DNA of 64,000 nucleotides, taken from the NCBI GenBank assembly GCA_964106645.2, contig OZ067043.1; one strand, given 5' to 3'. Each line of letters starts with the position of its first letter. Positions within the stretch are counted from its first letter, which is position 1. This document shows positions 12,359 to 25,021 of this stretch, piece by piece. The DNA is from Podarcis pityusensis (lineage: Eukaryota). The position numbers and the translations under genes are program-made. A model generated the notes under the pieces. The model worked only from the letters and a program-made list of their open reading frames with translations. It had not been told where the DNA came from and ran no database searches.

Positions 12359-12876
12359 TGTTGCATGCCATCCCTATCTCTGAGCAGTGCAAGATTCCAG
12401 GCACTTACCCAGGGTCCAGTTTCATCCGAATGAGGGACAGCAGAGACTGTAGTGTCTTTAGGATAAATGGTTTATTCACATATATATACAACCTGAGCCT
12501 ACGATGGGGGAGCTCATATCATTAGCACCCCAGAAGGTCTTGCTTCTCCCATAGTCACAGCCTTGGATTCAAGTAGAAATCAAGCATGTCTCCCATTCTC
12601 AGGCTTCTGCCTGCTTCTAACCCACCTCTCTCTCACACCTACCCTGGACTTTGTTCTTCTCACTACCAGCCAGCAGAGGAAGGCCCCCCCCCATTGCCTC
12701 CCCACAACTTCCTTTCTTATACTAATGACCCATACTTATACTAAAGGTCAGTTACCAAGAAGCTGGCTTGGCTAATTCAGCAATGGAGTCCTCCATTAGA
12801 TTGTAACCCTTGCTGGATTGAGGAATTAGAAGGGACTCAGACATACAGCCTAACCCTCCCCCTCCAACTCACAACA
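12359..12876 (-). mobile_element. Solo LTR (Gypsy-like), 518 bp
   Basis: TGTTG...CAACA termini; flanks ATAT/CTAT (3 of 4 match); minus-strand TATAAG (12716-12721) upstream of AATAAA (12471-12476). Confidence 0.7.
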
Positions 12877-13595
12877 CTATGTATTATATTTTTAGATATA
12901 CATATAGAATGTTTTCTTCCCCCACCTGAAAGCCAGAATAGGCTGTTGCTGCCTATGGCAAACCTGGATTTGTAATATATGAAATAGCTCATCGTCTGAT
13001 GAGGATGACTGCTCAATGTATTTTTTCCACCAATAGTCATGACTAAGCACCCTTTTTATAGGCAGTGCTTATGACATCAGATTACTTTGCTCTCCCTCAC
13101 CTCTCAATCCTCCAGAATCACTTGTGCTGATGACACGCTTTTCCCCAGCAACATGACAGAGTTTCACAGGCTCGACTCTCTCTAAAGATACTAGCAGGAA
13201 ATGTGGGAGTGTTTTTGCAGCAAGGTGATTATTAGCTTGGCCTCTGGAGCTTAAATGAGCAGGTATCACTGTAGCAACGAGTTTGGAGGTATAACAGTAG
13301 CCATTCCATTTTGACTTACATAATGCTCACATAGAAATGCTTAAGAGTTTCCTTGGTGGACATTTCTCTCTCATATCTAAGGATAGACTAGTGGTCTAGA
13401 TATTTGCAGCACAGGAATATTTTGTGGAATAGGATGCAGGCTTAAACGCTAGTGAAGAGGAAGTATTGAATGAAGCAGGGACTGGATAAGAGCAGCTACA
13501 AACCACTTTAGTTTCCAAGAGTGCTATCCCCGCCCCCCCCAGTATCGCAGACCTGGAGGATATTATTGCTTTATTAAAGTATAGAGAACAGTTGC

Positions 13596-13920
13596 AGACC
13601 CTCCAAGTGTTCCTATATTCCAGGGACATCCCTGAGTTCTGATTTGATTCTGCAATGTCCCACTTATCCTTAGGATGTCCCTATTTTCATTGGAGAAATA
13701 TTAGAGGGTATGGAGTTATCCAACTCCTGAGTCATCTGAATGCAATCCTGTATAGGGAAGGTTTTTTTAATGTTTAATGTTTAATTATGTTATTATATAT
13801 ATTGGAAGCTGCCCAGAGTGGCTGGGGCAACCCAGTAAGATTTGTGGGATATAAATAGTAAGATTATCATTGTGGAATGGAATGTCTCTATTTTCATTGG
13901 AGAAATGTTGGAGGGTATGC
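13596..13920. mobile_element. Lacertid DNA-transposon-like repeat with an embedded L2/SINE 3' tail
   Basis: ACCCTCCAAG...GTTGGAGGGTATG inverted ends, duplicated CTATTTTCATTGGAGAAAT, and tail GAAGCTGCCCAGAGTGGCTGGGGCAACCCAG. Confidence 0.55.
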
Positions 13921-14222
13921 AGTTGTAATCCAACAACTGGAGGGCTACAGGTGAAATGCGCTGAAAAAATACAATTATTTCTGCTAGAGAAATTATGTTA
14001 TTAGAACATAATTGTAATTGTGGAAGAAAATAATGTAGCTTCTCCAGAGACTGAGCTATGTATTGCTGCGACTGGGGCATAGAGCCCATTTAATAGACTT
14101 TCATATCAGCAGAAGAAAATGATTGGATATTGCTGTATAGGCAGCCAATGGTTACAAATAATGTCAATGGTCCAAAAATGCTCTTGGTTTTATGCTTTTG
14201 GGGGGGGGGTATGTTTCTAAAT

Positions 14223-14718
14223 CAGGGGAAGGAACTTCAGGCCCACCAGCTGATCCATTTTTTCCCTGAAACCACACACAGGTGTTAGTCAGGTGATGTC
14301 ACTCCAATGAGCGGGTGATGTCAGCTGTGATGGGTGGGGCAAGCAGATCCCTGCAGAAAGCAGGCTTGAGCCACCTGCTCATCAGCTAATAGCTGGTGCT
14401 TTTAATCCTACCAGGTTTGGCTGTGTGTGCTAGTTCCCTGCATTCACACAATCAAACACCTACAGACAGCAGGAGTGACCTCTATGTACAACAGCTGATG
14501 CATGGAGAAGTCAACCCTGCTCACTTTGACCACAGGAGGTTCCAAGTGCCCAACAGCCAGCTAGCTGTGGAGCATTTGGGAACCGCTATGCAATGTGTTT
14601 TCACAGGTAGGCAATACATAGTGTAAGTCATAAAGATATGTAGTTGACAAGTGATTTCCCTGCTCACCTGTCAAAGATAGCCCATGCAGTGTGGAGCCAA
14701 AAAGATTCCCCACCCCTG
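14223..14718. mobile_element. Non-autonomous hAT (Charlie-like) element, 496 bp
   Basis: CAGGGG...CCCCTG termini; 8-bp TSD TTCTAAAT / TTCTACAT (7 of 8). Confidence 0.75.
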
Positions 14719-15114
14719 TTCTACATATAAACACAACTGGAACATGCCACATGTTCCCTAAACAGCTTACAAAACGTGGCAAAAATATGCATTTCTCATG
14801 CCTTGAAATATCAGGCATTTATTTTCTTCTCTCAATTACTGTGTCACTTGTAATATTACCTTAACTTATGTTACTTGAAAGTATGTTGCACTGATTTAGG
14901 ATTGGAAAGAAATATGCTTTTATGTGTTTTTTCTAACTGCAACTTTGTAATTTATAGAGCCGTAAATAGCATTTTATTCATTATGCCATAATATTTTTTA
15001 AAAATATTTTTAAAGTTTCTGTTAAATCTTCCAGCCTAACTAACTCAGGCAGGCTTATAACAAATTTAAAGCTACCTAATTTGTTCAATTTATATTTTCC
15101 TTTTGTCTCCACAG

Positions 15115-15178
15115 GATTGAAAAAACGTACAAGGAAGGCCTTTGGAATACGGAAGAAAGAAAAGGACACTGATTCCAC
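15115..15178 (+). CDS. SGIP1: SGIP1 coding exon 2 (64 nt): (G)[20 protein letters not shown](T), basic N-terminal membrane-binding region
   Basis: ttttgtctccacag|GATTGAAA...TCCAC|gtaagt; translation matches the recalled SGIP1 N-terminus [25 protein letters not shown]; phase 1 to 2. Confidence 0.97.
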
Positions 15179-17333
15179 GTAAGTATTATTTATGTTTAAA
15201 GAAGTACCGGTATTTCTGTATTGCCATATGAAATATATCAAGGCGAAATAGACTATGGAGTATAGCACATCATGTAAAATTAAAAATAAAATATGAATTC
15301 TGTGTAAGTATTAATTTATAGAAGAATTTCTATACCACCATATCATAAAATATATCAATGCAGTGTACACTAGAAAACATCATTTAACTGATTAATATGG
15401 ATAATCAGTTCAGGTGACTGACTCATCAAAAATTAGACAACTGCAAAGGCCTGTCAGCACAAAAAATATTCAAGAGATGCATGGAAGTCAAAACCAAAGG
15501 AAACCTGCTGAATCGCAGCTGGGGGAGTGTTTCACACCATGGCTGTGGTGATTCTAAATGCCTGACCTAGTTGAAGCCAATCGGGACTGTGCAGCATGAG
15601 GGACAACTAACAGTGTTCCTCTTGATGATCTCGGTGATTGGACTGGAATAAAAAGGCTCAGGTGGTCCTTAGGTTTGTAGAGTGGAAGAGCAAGGGAGCT
15701 AATGCTGAATGGTTAACAAGATTACACCATTAACTCATGAAATCTGCATTTTGACATGCACAATGGAAAACCAGCAAAGCAGTATCAAGTAATGCATACT
15801 TTAAAATACATAGCAACCTTACACCTGCATGAGTGAGACAGCTGTCTGATATTGTGAGAATGACAGACAATTTTGTGTGTTTCAAGTCATGGACGTTTTA
15901 TAGGTGGCCTATATTTTGACCCTTTAAAAAAGTCTTAGTGGCTATGCTTCATTCCTCAGAAACATAGTTCTCTGAAAGCCTAGGAGTAGGCTGAAACTTT
16001 CTTGTTCTAATTGCATAGTATATCTATACATGAGCCTTGACAGTAGGCAAAGGACATCTCTTAGAAAGAGAAAACATTCTGACACTTTTTGTCTATGCAG
16101 AATTGTCCTGGCTTTTCAGCTATACTTCAGTGTCATGGTGATTGTTCACCAGCTGAGGTTTAGAACATAATGGGATTGGTGAATAGCTTTTGATGTTAAG
16201 CTGTTTTGTAACATGCGATGCTTAACCTTTCTGGATGATTGGGGGGGGGGGGTTGAACTATTTCAAGTGTTTTCCTGCCCTCTATTTCTATAGCACTTTT
16301 AGGGGGCGGGAGGTACAAATTTAACTATTTCCCCCTGCCCTGAAAACAGAGTGGGAAAGGGGTGTTCTGGCTCCCAGTTGCTCAAGAACTGGAAAGAGGA
16401 TTCTTTCCAAAAGCTTTAATGTTTAGATTGCTGTATACATATGCAAATCTTCAGCTTAAGCCATAATAGGCAATACACACTATTATTCCTAGGTACAGCT
16501 ACACAAAAGGTTTGGACAGTTGATCTGACACTAACACACCCCCTTGCTGTCTTTTATATAGGATTGGGACATGCTCAACTTAGTGCAGCAAAAATTTCTG
16601 CTCTTCGGCAATCAATCTCTCACTACACCCAGTAGGCAGAATAATCTGTTCCTACCCCTTTAGCTCCTCCTGGAGGACAGGGGAGGTGTCTTTGCCTCCC
16701 CCCCCCCCCCGAGAGCTGGGTGGGGCTGGCAGAGGCAAGGCTACTCTTCATGTCTGAAAGCACCAGTTTAAGTGGAGCAATAGGCACCGTGAAAGATTCA
16801 GGGAAAGGCTCTGATGGCTGTGGAGAGGAAAGCATGGCTTGTGGATCTTGTTGTGGAAATGGGTGAGGCAAAAGAGCAGGTTGAATTCCCTATCCCACTT
16901 GACTCCTTTCCTGGGTCCTTGGCAAACCTTCCATCTGTATTGTTCTGACTCAGCCAGCCCATGATGGGGGGGGGGGGTGGAGAGAGAGAGAGAGAGATTG
17001 GCCATACTGTCTTTATCCCTGTGATTATTGCAGGTCAGTTTGTCAGTTTCTTAGGTGGTTTGGGGATTTGTTTATGCCAAATTCTTTCGGTGACCTGGGT
17101 GAAAGTGAACAACAACGTTAGTTCCCAATAACCTATTTAAAATCTGCCCCAAGTGTAGGGAGAAACAGTTGTTGCTTCACCTTTAAAGGTGTGTGCCTCT
17201 ACTGCAGCCCTAGCCTGTGAATGGGTTGCTTAGCAACAGGTAAAGGAGGTTGCTGCAACTATAGATTCATTTAAGCTGACAGAGAATCCACCTTCAGTGC
17301 CTGAAGTTGATCAATGCTACAGCTCCATTTCTG

Positions 17334-17406
17334 GAACATGTGATATAATAAGGATAATGGTTCTCCTGAACATGTGATATAATAAGGATAATGGTTCTCC
17401 TGAACA
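17334..17406. repeat. Perfect 34-bp tandem duplication
   Basis: GAACATGTGATATAATAAGGATAATGGTTCTCCT x2 plus GAACA. Confidence 0.95.
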
Positions 17407-19080
17407 AGGGACAGATTCCTCACCACTAACTAAAACTAGCCTTTGTCCCATCTGAGATTAGAATCTTTGACTTTCTCAGCAAGTTTGAGTTCTGGCACTT
17501 CTCTGATTAAATATATGCCTTATTTACCTAAAAAATGTAATGCATGTGCACAACAAACCCTTTGCAAGCATGGATGATACGCAATGTTCGTCATTCTCAA
17601 ACTAGACCCACTGAAAACCAACAGGCCTAAGAAACTTGTCCATTGATTTTCAGTGGGCCTAAACCTGAGGATGATGAACATTGGATATCACTTTATAAGT
17701 TCAACTCCACCGCTGTATGTCTATGCAGTAGCAAATTATTGTTTGCTGCCATTTAATAGTGATCATGGCAAAAAAATACAGGGCAAATTGATTATTTTTT
17801 TATTTATGACATTTTGAAAATTAAATGTCTGGATTTGTATTCTTCTAAGCAGGGTTAACTTGAGCAACAATCCCTAAAACGTAAGAGACAATTATTTATA
17901 TTTCCACTATAAGACTATTAGTGGAATGTTTGTTGTTCATATGAAACATTAGGTGAAAGGGGAGCAGGACCAACTGAAGGGAGCAGGCAGAATTGTGTGT
18001 TTTAAATTATTACTCACTGATGTGTCTGTCTAACAACAAAGCTTATACCAGCTCATACCTAAGAACCGCCTCTCCCCTGCAAGCTTCAGTGTTGATAGCG
18101 TGCAACAATGGCACAGAGACAACGAAAACTGTTTTAAATATTTTTCTATTTTTCTCTAGAGGCAATTGTTGAGATAACAACTAACCTTCTACATTGCATC
18201 AAGCTGAATGCCCGACATAATCTTTAATAATTTACGTTTCCCTTTTTATGGGCACTCTGGGAGCACTAATGGTATAGCTTTATAGTATCATAAAGTGGAA
18301 GTGTGTAATTATAATGGGCTGGTCGAAAATACAATTTTGAAACACGTAAGTTAGCAGAGACATTAACTGCTGAAGACCCTTGTGCTGTTTTCCTGTTCAG
18401 GCATTATGGGTTTCTCTTTATGTTTCAATATGGATCTCCAACTATGCAGACTTACAGAAGTGAAATGAGCCTTTTCTAAACCTCTGTTGTTAAGAAACTG
18501 TAGGGGTCTTGTGTTGTCAGCTCTATTCCGGTACTACTACTCTTCATATATGTCACACAATCTTCATTGTGTTCAGCCTGACAAATAGCCTTCTGCCGGC
18601 AAGCTGTTATTTATTTCATAGATAGAAATTTGAGGAAAAGGGAGAAGCATTCTTTGGGTTGCATCTTAAGAGTATGTAGAGAGGGTTTGGTGTCGTTTAT
18701 ACCAGCCCCTATGCCTTATGTACCTGACCCTGGCTCCTCCATTTCTGACTTTTGTAAGTTTACTGTGAAGATCAGAAGGGAGGTTATAAACACATTCAGC
18801 AGAACATGCTCCTAATCTAACCCAGAACAGAAACTCTGAAGGTCAGAAGTGGAGCTGACAAGGACAGGGTTCCATGTTCAATGAGAGAAGATTCATTATT
18901 TATTAAAGTATTTTTACTCTACTCTTCAGTCGACCAGGCTTCCAAAGATAAATTAAAACCAGTGATAAAACATTTAAAAAGTAAAAATTATGCATGTGGT
19001 CTTTAAGAGAGCTGTTCAAGAAAAGTGACCATATAATAGCAGTTTGCTTCATTGACTGATACTTCTTTCCTCACAGGAAA

Positions 19081-19143
19081 CCTCAGCCAGATGGGCGGTG
19101 AATGAATGAATGAATGAATGAATGAATAAATAAATAAATAAAT
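19081..19143 (+). mobile_element. L2/SINE 3' tail with (GAAT)n(AAAT)n microsatellite
   Basis: CAGCCAGATGGGCGG followed by GAAT/AAAT repeats; the same tail is reversed at 26250-26294. Confidence 0.65.
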
Positions 19144-19792
19144 ATAATCATCATCACCATCACCACAGGGCAGTTTCTTGAGGTGATCTCTGAGAGGGGG
19201 AGAAAGGGCCTAGAACAGCTGGTGAGGCAGCAGGTAGACATGGCTGCGGTGGTAGTTTGCCTCACTGGCTGCCTCTTCTTCTGTTCAAAGTCAACTAATC
19301 TATGTCAATTTGATTAAAAAACAGGCCCGCATTGTGTCTCAACTCAAGTCGCCTTCATGTGTGAATTGCATAACTGAGCATGATAGGATGAATGGAGCAG
19401 TGGCACTGCCTCACTGCCTCAACCCTGAGGTCATGCAGCTCCTTCGCCCTTTCAGTATGTTAGGTGTGGACATATTTCCATATGTTATGGGACCCCAGTC
19501 ACGTAGGGTTTCGGAACACGTGGGAGGTTTGTGCATGAAGATGTCTAGAGGGACTGAGGCACAGAAGGCTTGAAGAGCAGCATAGCTTCAAGGTGGAGGA
19601 TAGTGGCATGACCCTACAGCACTTTCTATGCCCCTTTTATATGATTCATGTGTGAAAGAGTCAATATTGGCTGATTGTTTTGCAGTGCAGAACTCCAACC
19701 TTTAAAAATAATGAGGAGAAAGTATTTCCAAAAATTTAATGCAGGAGGTTTGATGTTTTATAGTCATGGTACATATTTTTACTTTCTTACAG

Positions 19793-19817
19793 AGGATCAC
19801 CAGACAGGGATGGAACT
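19793..19817 (+). CDS. SGIP1: SGIP1 exon 3 (25 nt): (T)GSPDRDGT
   Basis: actttcttacag|AGGATCACCAGACAGGGATGGAACT|gtaagt; phase 2 to 0; matches GSPDRDG. Confidence 0.95.
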
Positions 19818-22800
19818 GTAAGTATTTAAAGGAAATTATATATTGAATTAGTCTTAACTTTAAATTAGATGTGTCTAATGGAAAATGCTTCCCCCATCCT
19901 GTGAATCGTCATAAGCAATTTTGAACCCTTTGCCCTATTTCTATTTTAATATAGTTAATAATATTAAAATGATCAGTGTTGATACACTGTCTGATGTGCA
20001 TTGGCTTATATCCAGTATCTAAGGCCCTTCTCTCAAAACTTTTTTGGCCAAAGGATTATCAAGTGAGATAAATTTTCTAATAATAGTCATAAATACAATG
20101 AATAAAGACAAAAAATTACATGAAAGATGAAGAAACATTTAATACCTGCAAATATTTTAAATTGGTTAAAAATAACAATTCAGGAAGCCTTCCTGTAGAG
20201 AATAGAAATAGGAGAAGGGTTGCTGTTGAGTTACTGTTGCTTTTATTTATGGTTTTAGGTTTTCTGTCTCTGCTAGAACTGGACTTTAGAAGGAAATGTA
20301 CCACATCAGCTATTAGGCTTTAAGTTTGCAATGAAGAATGTTGGGCTCAGATATGGATTTTACTTCACTTTTTATTGATTCCTGACTTTAAAACTCCCAT
20401 TTAAATTTATCTTGTGAAGACTTTAAGGAAAATTGGAGCATTTGTTAGTCTTCACCAGATTTTCAGCAGTGGAATGGAAACACTACCAGCCATAAACAAT
20501 GTCATTTCTCTCCTAAAATTAAAGGAATTGGAGTAGTAAGGGCCTTTCCAGATGATCATTATTTTGCATAATAAATGAGCTGTTGTTTCATTGGTCTTGA
20601 TTCAGATGTCTTCCTTAAAGAAAATGCATCTGTGTCTGGAATAGCGCATTGTCCAAGCATGTACTATGTCAGTGGGGAAATTGGGTTCTTCCCTACTTAG
20701 CATGTCCCTTGCTATTTCGCGAGTGCTTTGCAAGGATGCATTGCATGAGTGCCACGACCACAGATAGAGAGCCATTAGTGATGAGTGCTGACTTCCCTGC
20801 CTGTGATCATGTTTCTTCATATTTCTGGTGTTTATTGTGCTGTATCTTCACAAACAGTGGCAAAACAAACGAAGGCTGCTTTTTCTTTTCTTCCTCCTGC
20901 AGCAATGCTCTATTGCAAATCCCCTTTTCCATTTATTTACGTAGTTCTTAGGAGGCTATGCCATTCCTTCTCCAATACAGGAGTGGACATCTCCTGTAGG
21001 TTTTTATTTTTATTTTTTAAGGGCTGAGCATCTGTCCCCTATACAGCTGAAATGCATAGGGGGGAAAGAATGGGGGTGAGAGAACTATACAACTTTAAAT
21101 GGGGTGAAATATCATACTAGTGGTGCTGGATAGAGGCTAGCCCAATTGTATCTTGATAAATAACTTCAAGGGGTTGGTGGGGCTTTGTCTTCTGGAAAGG
21201 CCCTACTAATTTTTTCTTTCTTTCAACTTCTGTCTATTTAAACTTCTGACCCAAGATCCTTAATCCTAAACATATTTACTTGCAAGTAAATATTAATGAT
21301 TTCAGAAGAACTGAACGTCCAAGTAGATGTGCTTAGGGTCACAGCTGTAGACTGAAAAAAGCCTGCATCCACACATCCTTCTGCATCCCCATTGTGTTTT
21401 GTCAAGCGCTTTTAGCTTAAAGATTCAAAAAGCAGACCACATTTGGAACTCTATACCGTTTTTAATGGTTCAGCCAAGGCTCTGTTCAGCAGAAGAAAAA
21501 CAACGCTGTTCACTTTCCCAACTTGCACGTTGAGTCAACCCGCAGTCCCCGTCTGTGTTGCACACTTAAAGAAGTAACTGGTGCACTGCCCCTTCAGGCA
21601 CTTCACATACCCGAGATCATGTAGAGAGTCCCCACATGCCCCCCTGTTGTCTTGAAGGAGAGAAGTCTTCCTAATGCCCCCATGAGCTGGAATTCCTGAG
21701 CATGCAGGGTTCCAGCTCATAGAAACAGCCTGCACACATTCAGCAGTCTTTCTCCTTCATTCCTGTCCCCAACAGATCAACAATGTGGGACTGGAAGAGG
21801 GATGATATGATATGGAGGGAAATACTTGGTGTAAAAAGGGAGGAAGGGAACACAGAAACCCCGTGCAAGAAACAATCTCCTCACTTGTTCACCACCACCC
21901 AGTTAAATTTAGCACCGAAGTGATGAACGAAAGGCAGAAGAGGAGACTTTTTTTTGCAGATATGGGCCATATTTGCACTATACATTTAAAGCAGTATCAT
22001 ACCACTTTAAACGGTCAAGAATCCTGTGAACTGTGGTTTGGAAAGGGTGCTGAGTTGTTAGTAGAATCCTATTCCCCTCACAGAACTACAGTTCCCAGGG
22101 AGGAATTCAGTGTAGTGCTATGGCTATCATTCCAGCTTGCCAGATGGCACAACCCCCCTCTCCCCAGCTCTGTATGCTATTCTAGGGGTTCTCCTGACAC
22201 ACACGCCTGAGCCTGTTTGGAGACACTCAGGAGGAGAAGAGGAAATCCCCATTGCACTAGTGGGAGTCCTTGTGTGGGCTTCCATTAGCAGGACTAGTTA
22301 GTTGAATCCTGCCTGTAAAGTGGCTTAACTCCCTCTTCCCATAGAACTCTGGGACTGTAGCTCTCTGAGGGATGCTGGGGTCTCCTAGTAACTCCTAGTA
22401 ACTCTCATCCTCTGTGAGGCAAGCTGAGCTGCTGAGCAACTTTTTTTCCTTGGTGTTGACCACGAATGATAAAGGGCTCTCTCTGTCCATGCTGGTTCAT
22501 GCACTGTCACCACCTCGGTGTGTTCATTGTGACACACTAGTGCTTTCCCAAGATTTTTCATTTAAGGCCTTCACTTCTACGTTTGTTGATGATGTTCCTC
22601 ATGTAGCATTTTGCTTTTCGGAGGCTATGAGAACGATGCTAACTTCATTTCTCATTTAGTACCAAAAAATTACATTCTCTTTAAAATTGTACACAATCCC
22701 TTCTCACATTAAGATTAAGAGAAGGTGCTTACTTTGTGAAACATGAACCTGAAGAATTTATTGTGCTGTATTTAGTATAATGTAGCCTTATTTTTATGCT

Positions 22801-23513
22801 GACTTTGGAATTATGCGCTTGCAATTTTTAATCAGATTAATAAAGATGAAGAAGCTAAATGACCAGAATTTTAAAGTATGCTTGAAAACTGTTCATGTTA
22901 TTGGCCTGTTTTTTAATTACTTTGTAGACTAGAGGTCATAAAAGACTGTAGGTGATGATCAATAGGAAAAGAGCTGGCACTTAGAGAACGATCATATTCC
23001 GTAGAACTCTTCAAGACTTACTTAATACCAAAACGCTGCTAACCTTTTTCTTGCACAAAACCAGGATGAAAACACTCACTGAGTCACTTCTTGTAGGTAT
23101 GTGTTCAGTTACAAAAGAAATGCTGAGTTATATTACAAGACTCTAAGGGCCCACTGCAATGGCTGCCACATTAAATAAAGCATGTTCCGCAGAATTGTAT
23201 GAGGACATAGTTCTGAAATGCATGAAAATTTTATGTCTTGTAAACATCTTACTCAAAGGAAATAAGGGGAAAACATTTAGTATTAGAGATAATTGTCCAT
23301 GCCACTCAGTTATAAGAGAACCAGTTTCTGCTGAATAGAGACCTATCATATGTTCCAAAATAGTCTGCTGACAGCAGCATTTACATTTGGCAAGTAATGC
23401 CTTTGAAAAGTGCATTCTGAGCTTGCTTACTCCATGTAGATTCATGTGTTTAAAAAAACCAAACCACCCAATACTTTAACCCTTTTTCTATAAAAAAACA
23501 AAATCCATTCCAG

Positions 23514-23591
23514 CCACCCAGCCCTCATCCTCATGATCCACCCTCCAATAACAAAGCAGAGTGTGCACAGGAAGGAGGAAAATCAGTTTCG
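23514..23591 (+). CDS. SGIP1: SGIP1 exon 4 (78 nt, probably alternative): PPSPHPHDPPSNNKAECAQEGGKSVS
   Basis: ccattccag|CCACCC...GTTTCG|gtaagg; similar to mammalian [24 protein letters not shown]; symmetric phase 0; weak A-rich acceptor. Confidence 0.92.
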
Positions 23592-24964
23592 GTAAGGACA
23601 TGAATATTGGTTTAAAGCTTCCCGGGGGTTGGTTGGAACAATGTGTAAGCCTGGCCAAAAAAAGTTTGCATGTACAAATCTATGTTTGGCATTGTTTATG
23701 CATCACTTACTTCAATGTATTTTTTTACTCCAGGTGCTCTGCATAGGATGCCCAACCACATATGTTTTTGCCCCTGTGATTCTGATGTGTTTCTGTGTGT
23801 CCATAGATGTCTAATTATGTTTAGGTACTCACAATGGTTTCCTAATATTCAGTAGTATTTGGATCATTTGTGATGGATACAGGTAACTAGAAATAGAAAT
23901 GGATTACCTTGTGTGCCAGGCTCACCTTGAAAACTACATTCATAAGATAAATAATACAGGACTGCATTCATAATATGCATTAGGAAGTAGATAATTTCAT
24001 GGATAATTTCACACGTGTCATGCAAAAATGGAATATTTTATAGGACATTCCTTGAATGTTGAAGGTAACAGCTGGTTGAAATGAAATATTTGATTGATAT
24101 CTGAACAACTATATGATTATTTTGTAGCTTTCCTCCTCCTCATTAGTCTGCTATGTATTGTATACTTCTCCAGGTTTTGTAAATGGCTCAAGACTATGGG
24201 AAGAATTCAGCATTGCTCTAAGGAGTTGATTCCATCACTACAAGCATTTCACCCTCTTCTCTCCCCACACCCCTGTACACTGTTTTGAGGGGTTCCCTGG
24301 TGCCCCCCAGCCAATTTGGGATTGCACGGAGAGGGAGGAGTGGGATCATGGAAGACCTTCTGCTCATTTCCACTAGCAGGACTCATTAGTTGAATCTGGC
24401 CCACTATTTGATCACCTGACCGCTTTGGTTTCGAAGGCTTCAGAAATGAAGTACAGCATATTAAAGTAATTGTAACATAGGAGGCTGATATATACCAGAT
24501 CATATTATTAATTTCCATTTAATCCAGTATTGTATAATCTGACTAGTAGCTGCTGTCCAGGTTCTCGGGTCTTGCTACTTGACCAATGCCAGAGGTTGAA
24601 CCTGAGACCTTCTGCATGCAAATCACATGCTTTCCCACCAAGTTGTAGCTCTATCCTCATTTGTCTTGCCCATAAGCCATAATATCTTGCAGCATGGTGG
24701 TCTTTCCTTGCAATTCCTGCTCCTGGCTTATCAGGTTTGAAAAATTCAAGAGTTCAAACACTGGAAATTACTTTCTCAAAGAAGATTGAGAGGCTGGCAT
24801 TCTCTTTCTAGAGATTGATTAGCAGGGAGCCAGAACCCACTCTAGTTAAGAGACCATCCCAAATTGAAAACTCATGACTTTGTCATATCTTCTAAGAAAC
24901 TAGTGCATGTTGCTGTTCTCCCCTTTTTAATATAAAACTTATCATTTTTAACTGTGTATTACAG

Positions 24965-25021
24965 AAGAGAACCAATGGTGCTCCAAATGGGTTTTATTCA
25001 GAGATTGACTGGGAAAGATAT
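24965..25021 (+). CDS. SGIP1: SGIP1 exon 5 (57 nt): KRTNGAPNGFYSEIDWERY
   Basis: tattacag|AAGAGAACC...AGATAT|gtaagt; matches KKSNGAPNGFYAEIDWERY. Confidence 0.97.

Noticed and set aside
19818-24964. Search for the additional roughly 28-aa N-terminal exon recalled for mammalian SGIP1 alpha
   Set aside because: I found no convincing match by eye; my recollection of the sequence is uncertain, so I do not claim absence.
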